64,000 nucleotides of DNA, from assembly GCA_964474825.1 (NCBI GenBank), contig CAYYWQ010000001.1, forward strand, positions 1,189 through 65,188, written 5' to 3'. Position 1 is the stretch's first letter, and each line of letters begins with the position of its first letter. The DNA comes from an uncultured Candidatus Saccharibacteria bacterium. GTDB taxonomy: Bacteria > Patescibacteriota > Doudnabacteria > UBA920. The notes below the pieces were generated by a model, which saw nothing but the letters and a program-made list of their open reading frames with translations, made no database searches and was not told the origin of the DNA. Below, piece by piece: positions 55,263-64,000 of the stretch. Position numbers and translations under genes: made by a program.

Positions 55263-56429
55263 ATGAAGACAAAAATAAAACTTGTTTTTCTCTTGGTTTT
55301 TTTGCTTGCTGTAGGCTTGGGCTTTGTTTATTTTAGAAGCCAACAGCTAAAGCCCTTTTTGTATGTTAAAAATAAGGAAGAACAACCAATTGCTCCAGCG
55401 CCAACACCGCAGCCTACGCTTGATGTCCGTGCTTATGATCAAAAGTTAATGGAGATTGCGAATAATCCTATTGTTCCATCGTCCAGCGCGTCTAGTACCT
55501 TAAACCTAAAACCTAATTTGTGGCCTGTAAAAACTGTTTATCCAAATTATGGCGCGCTGTTGCCTTTTAACCGTATTGTAGCTTACTACGGAAATTTGTA
55601 TTCGCAGAATATGGGGGTGTTGGGCGAGTATCCGGAAGAGGAGATGCTTAAGCGATTATCGGTAGAAGTAAAAAAATGGCAGGCTGCAGACCCAAGTACC
55701 CCTGTTATTCCCGCGTTGCATTACATTGCAATTGTGGCTCAAGCAGGGCCTGGGAGGGATGGTTTATATCGCGCCCGAATGCCGCATTCGGAAATAGACA
55801 AAGTTGTGACTATGGCACAGAAAATAAACCCCGCAACTTTTTGTCAAAAATTGAAAGATGAGAATCTAATACCAGAAGGATCGTCATCACCATCATCGGA
55901 TGAAGTTTCCACAAAGTGCGGGGCAAGCGCCTTAGTGTTTTTAGACATTCAAATTGGGCTTAGTAATGTGCAAACAGAAGTGCCATTGCTTGAAAAATAT
56001 TTAAAACTGCCTAATGTGCATTTGGGTATAGACCCGGAATTTGCAATGGAAGATGGAGAAAAGCCGGGAACGGTTATTGGTTCGCTGGATGCCAGTGACA
56101 TAAATTTCGCCGCGGAATATTTGGCAAAAATTGCCAAAGAAAATAATTTGCCACCAAAAATTTTAATTATCCACCGCTTTACCCAAAACATGGTTACTAA
56201 TTACAAACAAATTACCCCTTTGGAGGATACGCAAGTAATTATGGACATGGACGGCTTTGGCAGCCAAGGGAGCAAGCTAAATACTTACAAACAATACATT
56301 TATAAACAACCCGTGCAGTTTACCGGGTTTAAACTATTTTATAAAAACGACACCGCAGTCGGCCCAATTTTAGAGCCTGAAGATTTGCTAAAGCTTAACC
56401 CAATTCCATTGTATATTCAATTTCAGTAA
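55263..56429 (+). CDS. Hypothetical secreted/lipo-protein, possibly TIM-barrel glycoside-hydrolase-like
   Basis: 388 aa with a signal anchor and a Pro/Ala-rich linker. The C-terminal domain has GIDPEF...HRFT...MDMDGFG blocks. Assignment is tentative. Confidence 0.35.
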   Translation: MKTKIKLVFLLVFLLAVGLGFVYFRSQQLKPFLYVKNKEEQPIAPAPTPQPTLDVRAYDQKLMEIANNPIVPSSSASSTLNLKPNLWPVKTVYPNYGALLPFNRIVAYYGNLYSQNMGVLGEYPEEEMLKRLSVEVKKWQAADPSTPVIPALHYIAIVAQAGPGRDGLYRARMPHSEIDKVVTMAQKINPATFCQKLKDENLIPEGSSSPSSDEVSTKCGASALVFLDIQIGLSNVQTEVPLLEKYLKLPNVHLGIDPEFAMEDGEKPGTVIGSLDASDINFAAEYLAKIAKENNLPPKILIIHRFTQNMVTNYKQITPLEDTQVIMDMDGFGSQGSKLNTYKQYIYKQPVQFTGFKLFYKNDTAVGPILEPEDLLKLNPIPLYIQFQ

Positions 56430-56465
56430 AGTTTTTTAAAAGAGCCCCTTTGTGGGGCTCTTTTT

Positions 56466-56723
56466 TTATGCTTTTATAGTAGAGGAGGCAAGCTTATGCC
56501 TCGTAGCCATTATACCAATAAAGACTACTGCTAAATAAACCAAGCCCTCGCCGCAGACCTGCATTAAGTGAGTCGGTTTGGTAAGGACTAAATATGTGCC
56601 GCTGGCAAAGGTTAGGGTAACTAAGCTGTAAGATACTCGGAGACCTTTTTGCGAAGGCTTTATAAAAATGTAGCCGGTCCAAAGCAGGCCAGAGAGCGCA
56701 ATAATTATGTGGAGAATTAACAT
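56466..56723 (-). CDS. Small membrane protein
   Basis: 85 aa with 2-3 TM helices. It lies downstream of cyoE in the same orientation. Confidence 0.3.
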   Translation of the reverse strand: MLILHIIIALSGLLWTGYIFIKPSQKGLRVSYSLVTLTFASGTYLVLTKPTHLMQVCGEGLVYLAVVFIGIMATRHKLASSTIKA

Positions 56724-56724
56724 G

Positions 56725-57594
56725 TTATTTGTGAATTAATGAACTTATTGAAATTATAACACATAAACTGGTCAGCACCATAAGCGAGGTAGAGAACATT
56801 TTTTTTGCCCATATTTTATCATCCGCCGCGTTAAAACCTTTTATTGCGTACCATAACCATTTTAGACTGATTAAGATAATTACTAACAAATAAACATAAC
56901 CGGTAAATTTAAAATAAGTAAGGGAAGCCGCCGCAACCATAAAGAGCAGGATGTATATAAGCATTTGGATTTTGGTTGCCCTTATGCCTTTTTTTATTGG
57001 CAATACAGGAATGTTTGCTGAAGTGTAGTCGTTTAACCTATGCATTGCTATGGAATAAAAGTGCGGCATTTGCCAAAAGACTAAAATTAAAAATAATATT
57101 AACGCTCCTGCATCGAACCCGTTGGTTACTGCAGTGTAGCCCACAACCGGGGGAGTAGCGCCGGCAATACTGCCAATTAAAGTGGCGTGGACATTTCTGT
57201 GCTTAAAAGGAGTGTAGATTAATACATAAACAATCCATCCGGTTATTGCGGCAATTAGGGCTGAGTTGTTTACGTGATGATGTAGAGCCACAATTCCCAG
57301 AAGTAATAAAATTATTCCGAAGATAATAGCATTAGTTTTGGAAATTTTTCCGGTAACCATGGCGCGGTTTTTGGTGCGCTGCATTTTAGCATCAATGTGC
57401 CGGTCATAAACATTATTAAACACGCAGCCAGAGCCAATAATTAAAGACAGGCCCGCTAAGGCGGCTAAAAATAATCCCACATTAAACTGTCCTTTAGACG
57501 CAAGTAAAAACCCGGCAATTAAGCTCAGGCTATTTCCGTAAATTATACCGGGTTTGGTTAAATGATAATAAGCTTTGATCATACAGAAAATCAT
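56725..57594 (-). CDS. cyoE: Protoheme IX farnesyltransferase (heme O synthase)
   Basis: UbiA-family multi-TM protein with NNVYDRHIDAKMQRTKNR (the Asp-rich prenyltransferase motif). It is the last gene of the oxidase operon. Confidence 0.8.
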   Translation of the reverse strand: MIFCMIKAYYHLTKPGIIYGNSLSLIAGFLLASKGQFNVGLFLAALAGLSLIIGSGCVFNNVYDRHIDAKMQRTKNRAMVTGKISKTNAIIFGIILLLLGIVALHHHVNNSALIAAITGWIVYVLIYTPFKHRNVHATLIGSIAGATPPVVGYTAVTNGFDAGALILFLILVFWQMPHFYSIAMHRLNDYTSANIPVLPIKKGIRATKIQMLIYILLFMVAAASLTYFKFTGYVYLLVIILISLKWLWYAIKGFNAADDKIWAKKMFSTSLMVLTSLCVIISISSLIHK

Positions 57595-57681
57595 TTTTCT
57601 ACTAAATACGAAAATAACTAAAAATACTAAACTTAAACTTCTAGATTTCGTACTTTAGTTTAATTTAGTATTTAGTAGAGA

Positions 57682-58038
57682 TTATTTATGCATGCCCTCA
57701 GACTTCATCATGTAATTATTCATTTCTGTTGGAGTCATGTTGTAGTTTAGGTGGTTCATAATCCAAAGCGAACCAATAACTAAAATAAGAACAATAGAAA
57801 GTGTGGAGAAAAAAACCACTAAGTTCCAGTTTGAGTCTTGACCTTTGCCTAAATGTAAAAAGAAAATTAATTGCACAACCAGTTGCGTAATTGCCAAAAT
57901 CAAGACCATCCAAATTAAGAAGCTGTGTGCATACATATGGTGATGGGAAATAGTATGTCCATGCACAAAATAATACGCTACCAGTGTTAGAATAATCGAT
58001 GTTATAAATCCGGTGAAGTAAGATTTAAAAGTTGCCAT
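57682..58038 (-). CDS. cyoD: Cytochrome o ubiquinol oxidase subunit IV
   Basis: 118-aa 3-TM protein directly downstream of subunit III. Confidence 0.6.
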   Translation of the reverse strand: MATFKSYFTGFITSIILTLVAYYFVHGHTISHHHMYAHSFLIWMVLILAITQLVVQLIFFLHLGKGQDSNWNLVVFFSTLSIVLILVIGSLWIMNHLNYNMTPTEMNNYMMKSEGMHK

Positions 58039-58604
58039 TAGAGTACTCCAATTAAATAAACAATGCTAAAAATAAATATCCAGACAATGTCCAAGAAATG
58101 CCAAAACAGCGCTAAGCGGGTAAGTTTGTCGGAAATAGCCTCTGTCAGTCCTCTTTTCCAAACCATAAACATGGAAACAGCTATCCACAAAAGTCCTACA
58201 ACAATGTGAAGTCCATGGGAGCCAAGCAGAGTAAAGAAAGAAGAGAGAAAGGCACTTCTTTGGGGGCCATTGCCTTCAATTATCAGATGCCGAAATTCCG
58301 TAACTTCCATTATTAAAAAAGCAAAACCCAGCAAGAAAGTAACGCCTAACCAATTTAAAACTTTATTTTTATCTGCCTTTTGCACCGCAATCATAGCAAG
58401 GCCGCAAGTAAAACTGCTGGTTAATAAAATTATAGTTTCAATTAATACAAAGGGCAGGTTGAAGAGTTTGTCCCCGCCCGGACCGCCAAAGGTGTTGTTG
58501 CGGAGAACGGCGTAAGTGGCAAACAAGGCCGCGAACATTATTAGGTCTGTCATTAAATAGACCCAAAAGCCAAATATGCTTTTTTCGTTGGTATTATGTT
58601 CCAT
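58038..58604 (-). CDS. cyoC: Cytochrome o ubiquinol oxidase subunit III
   Basis: Five-TM subunit III fold. I chose the start at MEHNTNEKS (ATG 58604) to avoid a long overlap with cyoB. Confidence 0.7.
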   Translation of the reverse strand: MEHNTNEKSIFGFWVYLMTDLIMFAALFATYAVLRNNTFGGPGGDKLFNLPFVLIETIILLTSSFTCGLAMIAVQKADKNKVLNWLGVTFLLGFAFLIMEVTEFRHLIIEGNGPQRSAFLSSFFTLLGSHGLHIVVGLLWIAVSMFMVWKRGLTEAISDKLTRLALFWHFLDIVWIFIFSIVYLIGVL

Positions 58605-60576
58605 AATGTTTCCTCCCTGCTTCCATTTCCGCAACTTGCGCTGCTGGAATTGCGTACTCAGTTTCTTCGTCGAAAGAACGAATAATAACGCAACCAATTG
58701 AACCAATTAGACCTACAATTATAAGCCAAATTATTTGCCAAATAATAGCAAAACCCATTAAAAATACAAAGCCGGAAATATATATGCCTATTGCCGTATT
58801 TTTTGGCATGGTAATGTCCTGGAAGCTTGTAGTTTGTATTTTATAATCCGGGGATTTTTTTATTTCCCAAAACGCGTCCTTGTCCGTTACTGTGGGAATT
58901 TTGGCAAAATTATAAACAGGGGGAGGGGAAGCAGTAGCCCATTCCAGGGTTCTGCCGTTCCAGGGGTCGTTGTCCGCAATATTTTGTTTGCGATCCCGCA
59001 CGCTTATAAATATTTGTAAAAGTTGAAGTGCTACCCCGCAGGAAATAATTACAAACCCAACTCCCGCTACTATAAACAGCCCTTGCCAGCCCATGGAAGT
59101 GTCGTAGTGGTCAAGGCGTCTTGTCGCGCCCATTAAACCTAAAATATATAAAGGAGTAAAAGAAGTGACTACTCCAATTAGCCAAAACCAAAAGGCGTAT
59201 TTGCCAAGTCGTTCGTTTAACTTAAAACCCGTAACTTTTGGCCACCAGTAAGTAATGCCGGCAAAAATTCCAAACAAGGCACCGCCAATGACCATAGTGT
59301 GGAAATGTGCAACTAAAAATAAGCTATTGTGAAGTTGGAAATCCGCGGCCGGAACTCCAAGCAAGACTCCGGCCATACCCCCAATGGTAAATGTAACAAC
59401 AAAGCCTATAAACCAATACAGGGCGGAATGGAAAATAATTTTTCCCCGGAACATTGTGGCCAGCCAGTTAAAAACTTGTACTCCTGTGGGGATGGCAATA
59501 ATTCCGGTCATAATGCCAAAAAAAGCATTAACATCTGCTCCTGCTCCCATGGTAAAGAAGTGGTGCAACCACACGAGCATAGAGAATAGGGTAATGCCAA
59601 TGGCTCCGCCAACTAAAGATTTGTAGCCAAATAATTTTTTTTGTGAGAACGTGGCCACAACTTCCGAGTAAATGCCAAACGCCGGGATCATAAGAATATA
59701 GACTTCAGGGTGTCCCCATGACCAAATGAGGTTTACGTAAAGCATGGGGTTGCCGCCAAAGCTTGATGTAAAGAAATGCATTCCTAAAGAGCGGTCTAAA
59801 GAAAGAAGAAGTAGAGCAATTGTTAGAATAGGGAAGGCGGAAATAACTAATATCATGCTGCATAGCGAAGTCCAAACAAACATAGGCATGCGCATTAAAG
59901 TCATGCCCGGAGCTCGCATTTTTAAAATAGTAACTAAAATGTTAATGCCCGAAAGTAAACTGCCCAGGCCGGAAATTTGCAAACTCCATATCCAGTAATC
60001 TACCCCAACGCCGGGACTATAGGCTATTTCCGAGAGGGGCGGCATGGCCAGCCAGCCTGTGGCTGCGAATTCCCCGCCAAAAACAAAAAATAAATTAATT
60101 AAAGCGGCGCCTGCCACGTACAGCCAAAAACTTAAAGTGTTTAGCAAAGGAAAAGCTACGTCTCTTGCCCCAATTTGCAGAGGCAAAATAAAATTCATTA
60201 GGCCAAACAAAAAGCCTGTGGTAACAAAAAAGATCATTATGGTGCCGTGCGCGGTAAAGATTTGCTGAAAGTGGTCCGCGTTCAAATAGCCGTGGCTGCT
60301 ACCTACTGAAAGGGATTGCTGTAGCCATATCATTCCGGCGTCTAGAGCACCTCTAAAAAGCATTAAAGACGCCACAATAACATACATAATGCCGATTTTT
60401 TTGGGGTCAGTAGAAGTCAGCCATTCCTGCCATAGCCATTTCCAGCGTTTAAAATAAGTAAGAGCTATGGCGACACTAAGGCCGCCCAAAATTAAACTAA
60501 CGGTTCCGCCAATGGTAAACCATTCGTGGGGAAGAGCGGCAAGAGTTAATTTTCCAAATAAGAAGTTCATAAGCAA
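58594..60576 (-). CDS. cyoB: Cytochrome o ubiquinol oxidase subunit I (heme-copper oxidase catalytic subunit)
   Basis: 660 aa. It has the heme-copper oxidase His ligands (WGHPEVYI, HHFFTMG) and a C-terminal extension typical of quinol oxidases. Confidence 0.9.
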   Translation of the reverse strand: MLMNFLFGKLTLAALPHEWFTIGGTVSLILGGLSVAIALTYFKRWKWLWQEWLTSTDPKKIGIMYVIVASLMLFRGALDAGMIWLQQSLSVGSSHGYLNADHFQQIFTAHGTIMIFFVTTGFLFGLMNFILPLQIGARDVAFPLLNTLSFWLYVAGAALINLFFVFGGEFAATGWLAMPPLSEIAYSPGVGVDYWIWSLQISGLGSLLSGINILVTILKMRAPGMTLMRMPMFVWTSLCSMILVISAFPILTIALLLLSLDRSLGMHFFTSSFGGNPMLYVNLIWSWGHPEVYILMIPAFGIYSEVVATFSQKKLFGYKSLVGGAIGITLFSMLVWLHHFFTMGAGADVNAFFGIMTGIIAIPTGVQVFNWLATMFRGKIIFHSALYWFIGFVVTFTIGGMAGVLLGVPAADFQLHNSLFLVAHFHTMVIGGALFGIFAGITYWWPKVTGFKLNERLGKYAFWFWLIGVVTSFTPLYILGLMGATRRLDHYDTSMGWQGLFIVAGVGFVIISCGVALQLLQIFISVRDRKQNIADNDPWNGRTLEWATASPPPVYNFAKIPTVTDKDAFWEIKKSPDYKIQTTSFQDITMPKNTAIGIYISGFVFLMGFAIIWQIIWLIIVGLIGSIGCVIIRSFDEETEYAIPAAQVAEMEAGRKHYGT

Positions 60577-60618
60577 GTAAGTTAATAAGAGAGTAATCTG
60601 ATCCGCAGATTAGCTGAT

Positions 60619-61518
60619 TTACTGATTAGCTGGGGGCGGTGTCATATATTTCATCATAATATTATTATAGAGATTTTCATTAACCCTGGAATAAACAGTT
60701 TTCGGATTATTTTCACTTGGCTTCACTAGTTCGTTGTACGTCTCCATGGTTAGTATTTTTTCTGACAATTTTACTGTTTGCAACCATAGGTCAAAATCTT
60801 TTTGCGACGTTGACTTGGCAATAAACCGCATACCGGCAAATCCTTTGCCGCTTATGTCCGCAGCAGAGCCTTTAAATTCACCCGGCTTGTCTGCTATTAA
60901 ATGAAGTTGTGTTGACATTCCGGCCATGGCGTACATTTGTCCGCCAAGTTCCGGGATCCAAAAAGAATTCATTGGAGCATCGGCCGTTAGTTCAAAATTA
61001 ATAGGGGTGTTTTCCGGGAACTCCACAAAATTTACTGTGGCAATGTTGCTTTCCGGATATATAAACAGCCATTTCCATTGCAGGGCAACGACTTGGATGG
61101 TTATAGGCTTTTGGTTAGACGCAATGGGCTTGTAAGGGTCAAGCGTATGGGCGCTTTTCCAGTTTAAAATGGAAACCGCAAAAATAATCGCAGCCGGTAA
61201 TACCCAAAGTAAAGCGGTGGTTAATGGAGTACTTTCCGTGTCCGGAGAATATTGGGCGTTGCTTCCCTTTTTATATTTTAAAAGGATAACAAACAACAAA
61301 ATAAAAACAGGGATCACTATTATTAGCATTAGAAGCACTGCGCCAACAATAAGATTTTTTTGCTGCTGGGCAATAGAACCTTTAGGGCTTAAAAGAGCAA
61401 AGTTACCCAGGCTAAAATGCGGCCAGGGTATTTGGTAAAGTGAGAGTCCAATTAGCGCAAGGGCAATAATTAGGACAACGAAAACCGATAATTTGTATTT
61501 TTTCCCTTTGTTTTCCAT
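60619..61518 (-). CDS. cyoA: Cytochrome o ubiquinol oxidase subunit II (no CuA site)
   Basis: Signal peptide plus 2 TM helices, then a cupredoxin domain. It lacks the H..C.E.CG..H CuA ligands, which indicates a quinol rather than cytochrome-c oxidase. Confidence 0.75.
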   Translation of the reverse strand: MENKGKKYKLSVFVVLIIALALIGLSLYQIPWPHFSLGNFALLSPKGSIAQQQKNLIVGAVLLMLIIVIPVFILLFVILLKYKKGSNAQYSPDTESTPLTTALLWVLPAAIIFAVSILNWKSAHTLDPYKPIASNQKPITIQVVALQWKWLFIYPESNIATVNFVEFPENTPINFELTADAPMNSFWIPELGGQMYAMAGMSTQLHLIADKPGEFKGSAADISGKGFAGMRFIAKSTSQKDFDLWLQTVKLSEKILTMETYNELVKPSENNPKTVYSRVNENLYNNIMMKYMTPPPANQ

Positions 61519-61557
61519 GCAATTGAATATATATGATTATACCATAAAAAAACCGCC

Positions 61558-61848
61558 CTAGCTTTGGGGCGGTTTTTCCATTTCTATTTTTATTAACCAA
61601 CCTTGATCTTCCTCGTCAGGAGTGGTATCTATTTTTCGAAGTAACTCTTGAACAGCTTCTCTGGCATCTTTGCTGTGAACGGTTACTTCCATGGTATCTT
61701 CTTTACCAGCAAGCTTAGTTTTGGCTGTAAATTCTCCATTTTCATTTTGTCTAACTTCCACCACTGCTGATCTGGATTCGTCCCAATTTTCTATTTCAAA
61801 AGAAGAAATTTTTTCTCTAAGCTCTGGATTTTCGTTTATTTCGCCCAT
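61558..61848 (-). CDS. Hypothetical acidic protein
   Basis: 96-aa ORF between cyoA and purB on the same strand. Confidence 0.35.
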   Translation of the reverse strand: MGEINENPELREKISSFEIENWDESRSAVVEVRQNENGEFTAKTKLAGKEDTMEVTVHSKDAREAVQELLRKIDTTPDEEDQGWLIKIEMEKPPQS

Positions 61849-61849
61849 A

Positions 61850-63226
61850 TTATTGTGAGGCTAATTTAGTTGCTAAGCCTGTGTAGTTTTCCGGTGTGAA
61901 TTGTTTAAGTTCTTTTTTAATTTTGTCAGAAACTTCCAAGTTGTCTATAAATTTGCTAAAGTCTGCTAAAGTAATGTGTTTACCGCGAGTCAGTTCCTTT
62001 AATTGTTCGTAAGGCATTTTTGCTCCTTCTCTTCTGAGCACAGTTTGAATGGCTTCGGCAATAACTTCTGAATGGTTATTTAATTCCTCACGGACCTTTT
62101 GTTCATTAACTGTAATCCGGGAAAGTCCTTTGAGTAAATATTCGTATGCAATTAAGCAGTGAGCAAGAGCGGTGCCAAAGTTGCGTTCTACGGTGGAGTC
62201 GGAAAGATCACGTTGCAGCCGGGAAATGGGAAGCTTGCGTGAAAAGAATTCAAACAACGCGTTAGCTAAACCTAAATTGCCTTCGCTGTTTTCAAACTTT
62301 ATTGGGTTAATTTTGTGAGGCATTGTGCTGCTTCCTACAGCGCCTTCTACCGGTTTTTGGATAATCCATTCGTCTGAAATGTAGCGCCAAATGTCTTGGT
62401 TAAAATCTAGTAATATAGTATTTACTCGGCGGAGGTTGTCAAAAATTTCTGCTTCGCGGTCATGCGGGTCAATTTGGGTTGTGACTTCGTTTAGTTCAAT
62501 TGCAATGGATCTGTTTTTGTTAAATTTACCAACAAAATTTTGGGCAAATTTTGGCCAGTTTGTTTTAGGGAATGCCGCAACAAGGGCATTATAGTTTCCG
62601 CTGGCACCACTGAATTTAACAGAAGTTCTTTGTTGTTTTAATTGTTCCAGTTGTTTTTGTAGTCTAACTTCAAAAACTTTAAACTCCTTGCCAAAAGTAG
62701 TAGGGGACGCAGGTTGGCCGTGAGTGCGGGAGAGCATGGGTAAATCTTTGTATTTCGAAATTAAAAGATTTAAAGAGTGAATTATTTCTTTTAGTTTAGG
62801 TAAAATAACTTGTCCTAAGCCGTCGCTAAACATGAGGCCTCTAGCTAAGGTATTTGTATCGTAAGAAGTTAGACCAAAATGTAAAAATTCTAACACGTCT
62901 TTTAGACTGCTATTTCCCAGCCTGTCCTTCATAAAATATTCTACGGCTTTAACGTCGTGGTCTGTGGCTTTTATGTTTTTATAGCCCTTGGTTTCTATGT
63001 CGGAAATTATTTGCGCATCAGATTCCGATAAGTTATAAAGCGATTGAATAAGTTTTTTTTCTTTGTCGCTTAGTTTGCGTATTAGTTTCCCTTCAGAAAG
63101 CGCAATAAAATATTCGCCCTCAACAATTAGGCGATACTTCATTAGCCCCATTTCGGAAAAAATGGGGGAAAGAGGTACAGTGGATTTTGCGTAGCGGCCG
63201 TCAATGGGGGAAATGGAAGAAAGCAT
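61850..63226 (-). CDS. purB: Adenylosuccinate lyase
   Basis: N-terminal SPIDGRY, the fumarate-lyase signature region, and a length of 458 aa. Confidence 0.9.
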   Translation of the reverse strand: MLSSISPIDGRYAKSTVPLSPIFSEMGLMKYRLIVEGEYFIALSEGKLIRKLSDKEKKLIQSLYNLSESDAQIISDIETKGYKNIKATDHDVKAVEYFMKDRLGNSSLKDVLEFLHFGLTSYDTNTLARGLMFSDGLGQVILPKLKEIIHSLNLLISKYKDLPMLSRTHGQPASPTTFGKEFKVFEVRLQKQLEQLKQQRTSVKFSGASGNYNALVAAFPKTNWPKFAQNFVGKFNKNRSIAIELNEVTTQIDPHDREAEIFDNLRRVNTILLDFNQDIWRYISDEWIIQKPVEGAVGSSTMPHKINPIKFENSEGNLGLANALFEFFSRKLPISRLQRDLSDSTVERNFGTALAHCLIAYEYLLKGLSRITVNEQKVREELNNHSEVIAEAIQTVLRREGAKMPYEQLKELTRGKHITLADFSKFIDNLEVSDKIKKELKQFTPENYTGLATKLASQ

Positions 63227-63252
63227 AGGTTTTAGCTGTTAGCTTTTAGGTG

Positions 63253-64000
63253 TTAGGATTGATATTTTTCTAAGTTTTTTTCTATCCTGTCCAAAATTGG
63301 AGTTTCTAAATCGGTTTCGAATTTTTGTCCCGTGATCTGCTCGTAAATTTGAATGTAGCGGGAGGAGAGTTCGGCTATCATGTCTTTTGGCGCGGCGGGT
63401 AGCTCTTTGTCATTGTAGGGGTCGCAGTTTTGTTTAAACCACAGGCGCAAGAATTCTTTGTCAAAGTTGTGGGGTTCTTGGCCGGCATCTATCCTTGCCT
63501 GATAGGAATCTGCTTGCCAGTAACGGGAGGAGTCTGGCGTATGGATTTCGTCTATTAACATTAATTTTCCGTCTTCCGCCAAACCGAATTCATACTTAGT
63601 GTCTACTAAAATAAGTCCATGCTGCAATGCAAGTTCCTGGCCGCGTTTGAACAATTTAATGGCAGTTTCGGCCAGTTGATTCCACAGTTCTTCCGGCACA
63701 ATTTTTTGCTCAATAATTTCCTTTGTTGTAAGTGGGGCGTCGTGGTCGTCCGACTTTGTTGTGGGTGTTAAAACCGGCTCTGGTAATTTTTGATTTTTTT
63801 TCATGCCATCGGGCAAAGTAAAATCGCCAAAATCTCTTTGGCCGCCGGTGTAAAGCGTCCAAAGTGAAGTGCCGGTTACGCCGGTAATGTAGCCGCGAAC
63901 AACCATTTCTATTGGGATTACCGAGCCTTTTTTCACTACAACAACATTTGGGTCCGGGGACTCAATAAGATGATTTTGAATAATGTCCTTAGTATGGTCA
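63253..64000 (-). CDS. purC: Phosphoribosylaminoimidazole-succinocarboxamide synthase, 5'-truncated by the window edge
   Basis: GSVIPIEMVVRGYITG...LILVDTKYEFG SAICAR-synthetase motifs. The reading frame stays open upstream of the nominal Met to the window end. Confidence 0.8.
   Translation of the reverse strand, partial: DHTKDIIQNHLIESPDPNVVVVKKGSVIPIEMVVRGYITGVTGTSLWTLYTGGQRDFGDFTLPDGMKKNQKLPEPVLTPTTKSDDHDAPLTTKEIIEQKIVPEELWNQLAETAIKLFKRGQELALQHGLILVDTKYEFGLAEDGKLMLIDEIHTPDSSRYWQADSYQARIDAGQEPHNFDKEFLRLWFKQNCDPYNDKELPAAPKDMIAELSSRYIQIYEQITGQKFETDLETPILDRIEKNLEKYQS

Noticed and set aside
63937-64000. Met at 63936 as the purC start
   Set aside because: The frame remains open upstream to the window edge (…DHTKDIIQNHLIESPDPNVVVV-MKKGS…). 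The conserved N-terminal part of SAICAR synthetase is missing, so the gene is reported as truncated by the window rather than starting at 63936.

Overview
This is a low-GC (~40%) bacterial window with compact, mostly co-directional genes and small proteins. That pattern fits a reduced-genome lineage, possibly a candidate-phylum bacterium, but the lineage cannot be assigned from sequence alone. It opens with the 3' end of a 23S rRNA followed by a 5S rRNA. Housekeeping genes follow: glmS, tdh/kbl, a GAPDH-type gene, pyk, ppsA, dnaG-rpoD, pyrD, rsgA, purB/purC, and a cyoABCDE-type bo3 quinol oxidase operon. Between them are accessory stretches.

The most striking feature is a tRNA gene at 41063-41675, most likely tRNA-Thr(UGU). 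It is interrupted in the anticodon loop by a ~540-nt group I intron. The conserved P, Q, R and S core elements are recognisable, and the intron carries a 110-aa HNH homing-endonuclease ORF.

Other notable items:
- A GC-rich (~55%), TTG-initiated class I/II aminotransferase gene sits inside an array of ATGATA/TATCAT boxes, directly upstream of an unusual ribbon-helix-helix::sugar-nucleotidyltransferase fusion.
- A second GC-rich gene, a PIG-L/LmbE-type deacetylase, lies next to tRNA-Ser(GGA).
- A bona fide endonuclease Q (PHP + zinc-ribbon) homolog is present.
- A polyamine cluster contains a deoxyhypusine-synthase-like gene plus aguA and aguB.
- A promoter-to-terminator unit with no ORF at ~27270-27455 is a candidate sRNA.
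- A dispersed family of palindromic intergenic repeats shares the core GTAGCG(A/G)GTAG.
- A long stress/detox-type accessory island (VOC/PhnB, SRPBCC/AHSA1, ArsR, DinB, DUF1801, ferritin-like, ABC exporter) runs from about 43.4 to 55.2 kb.

I saw no CRISPR array and no intact transposase or integrase.
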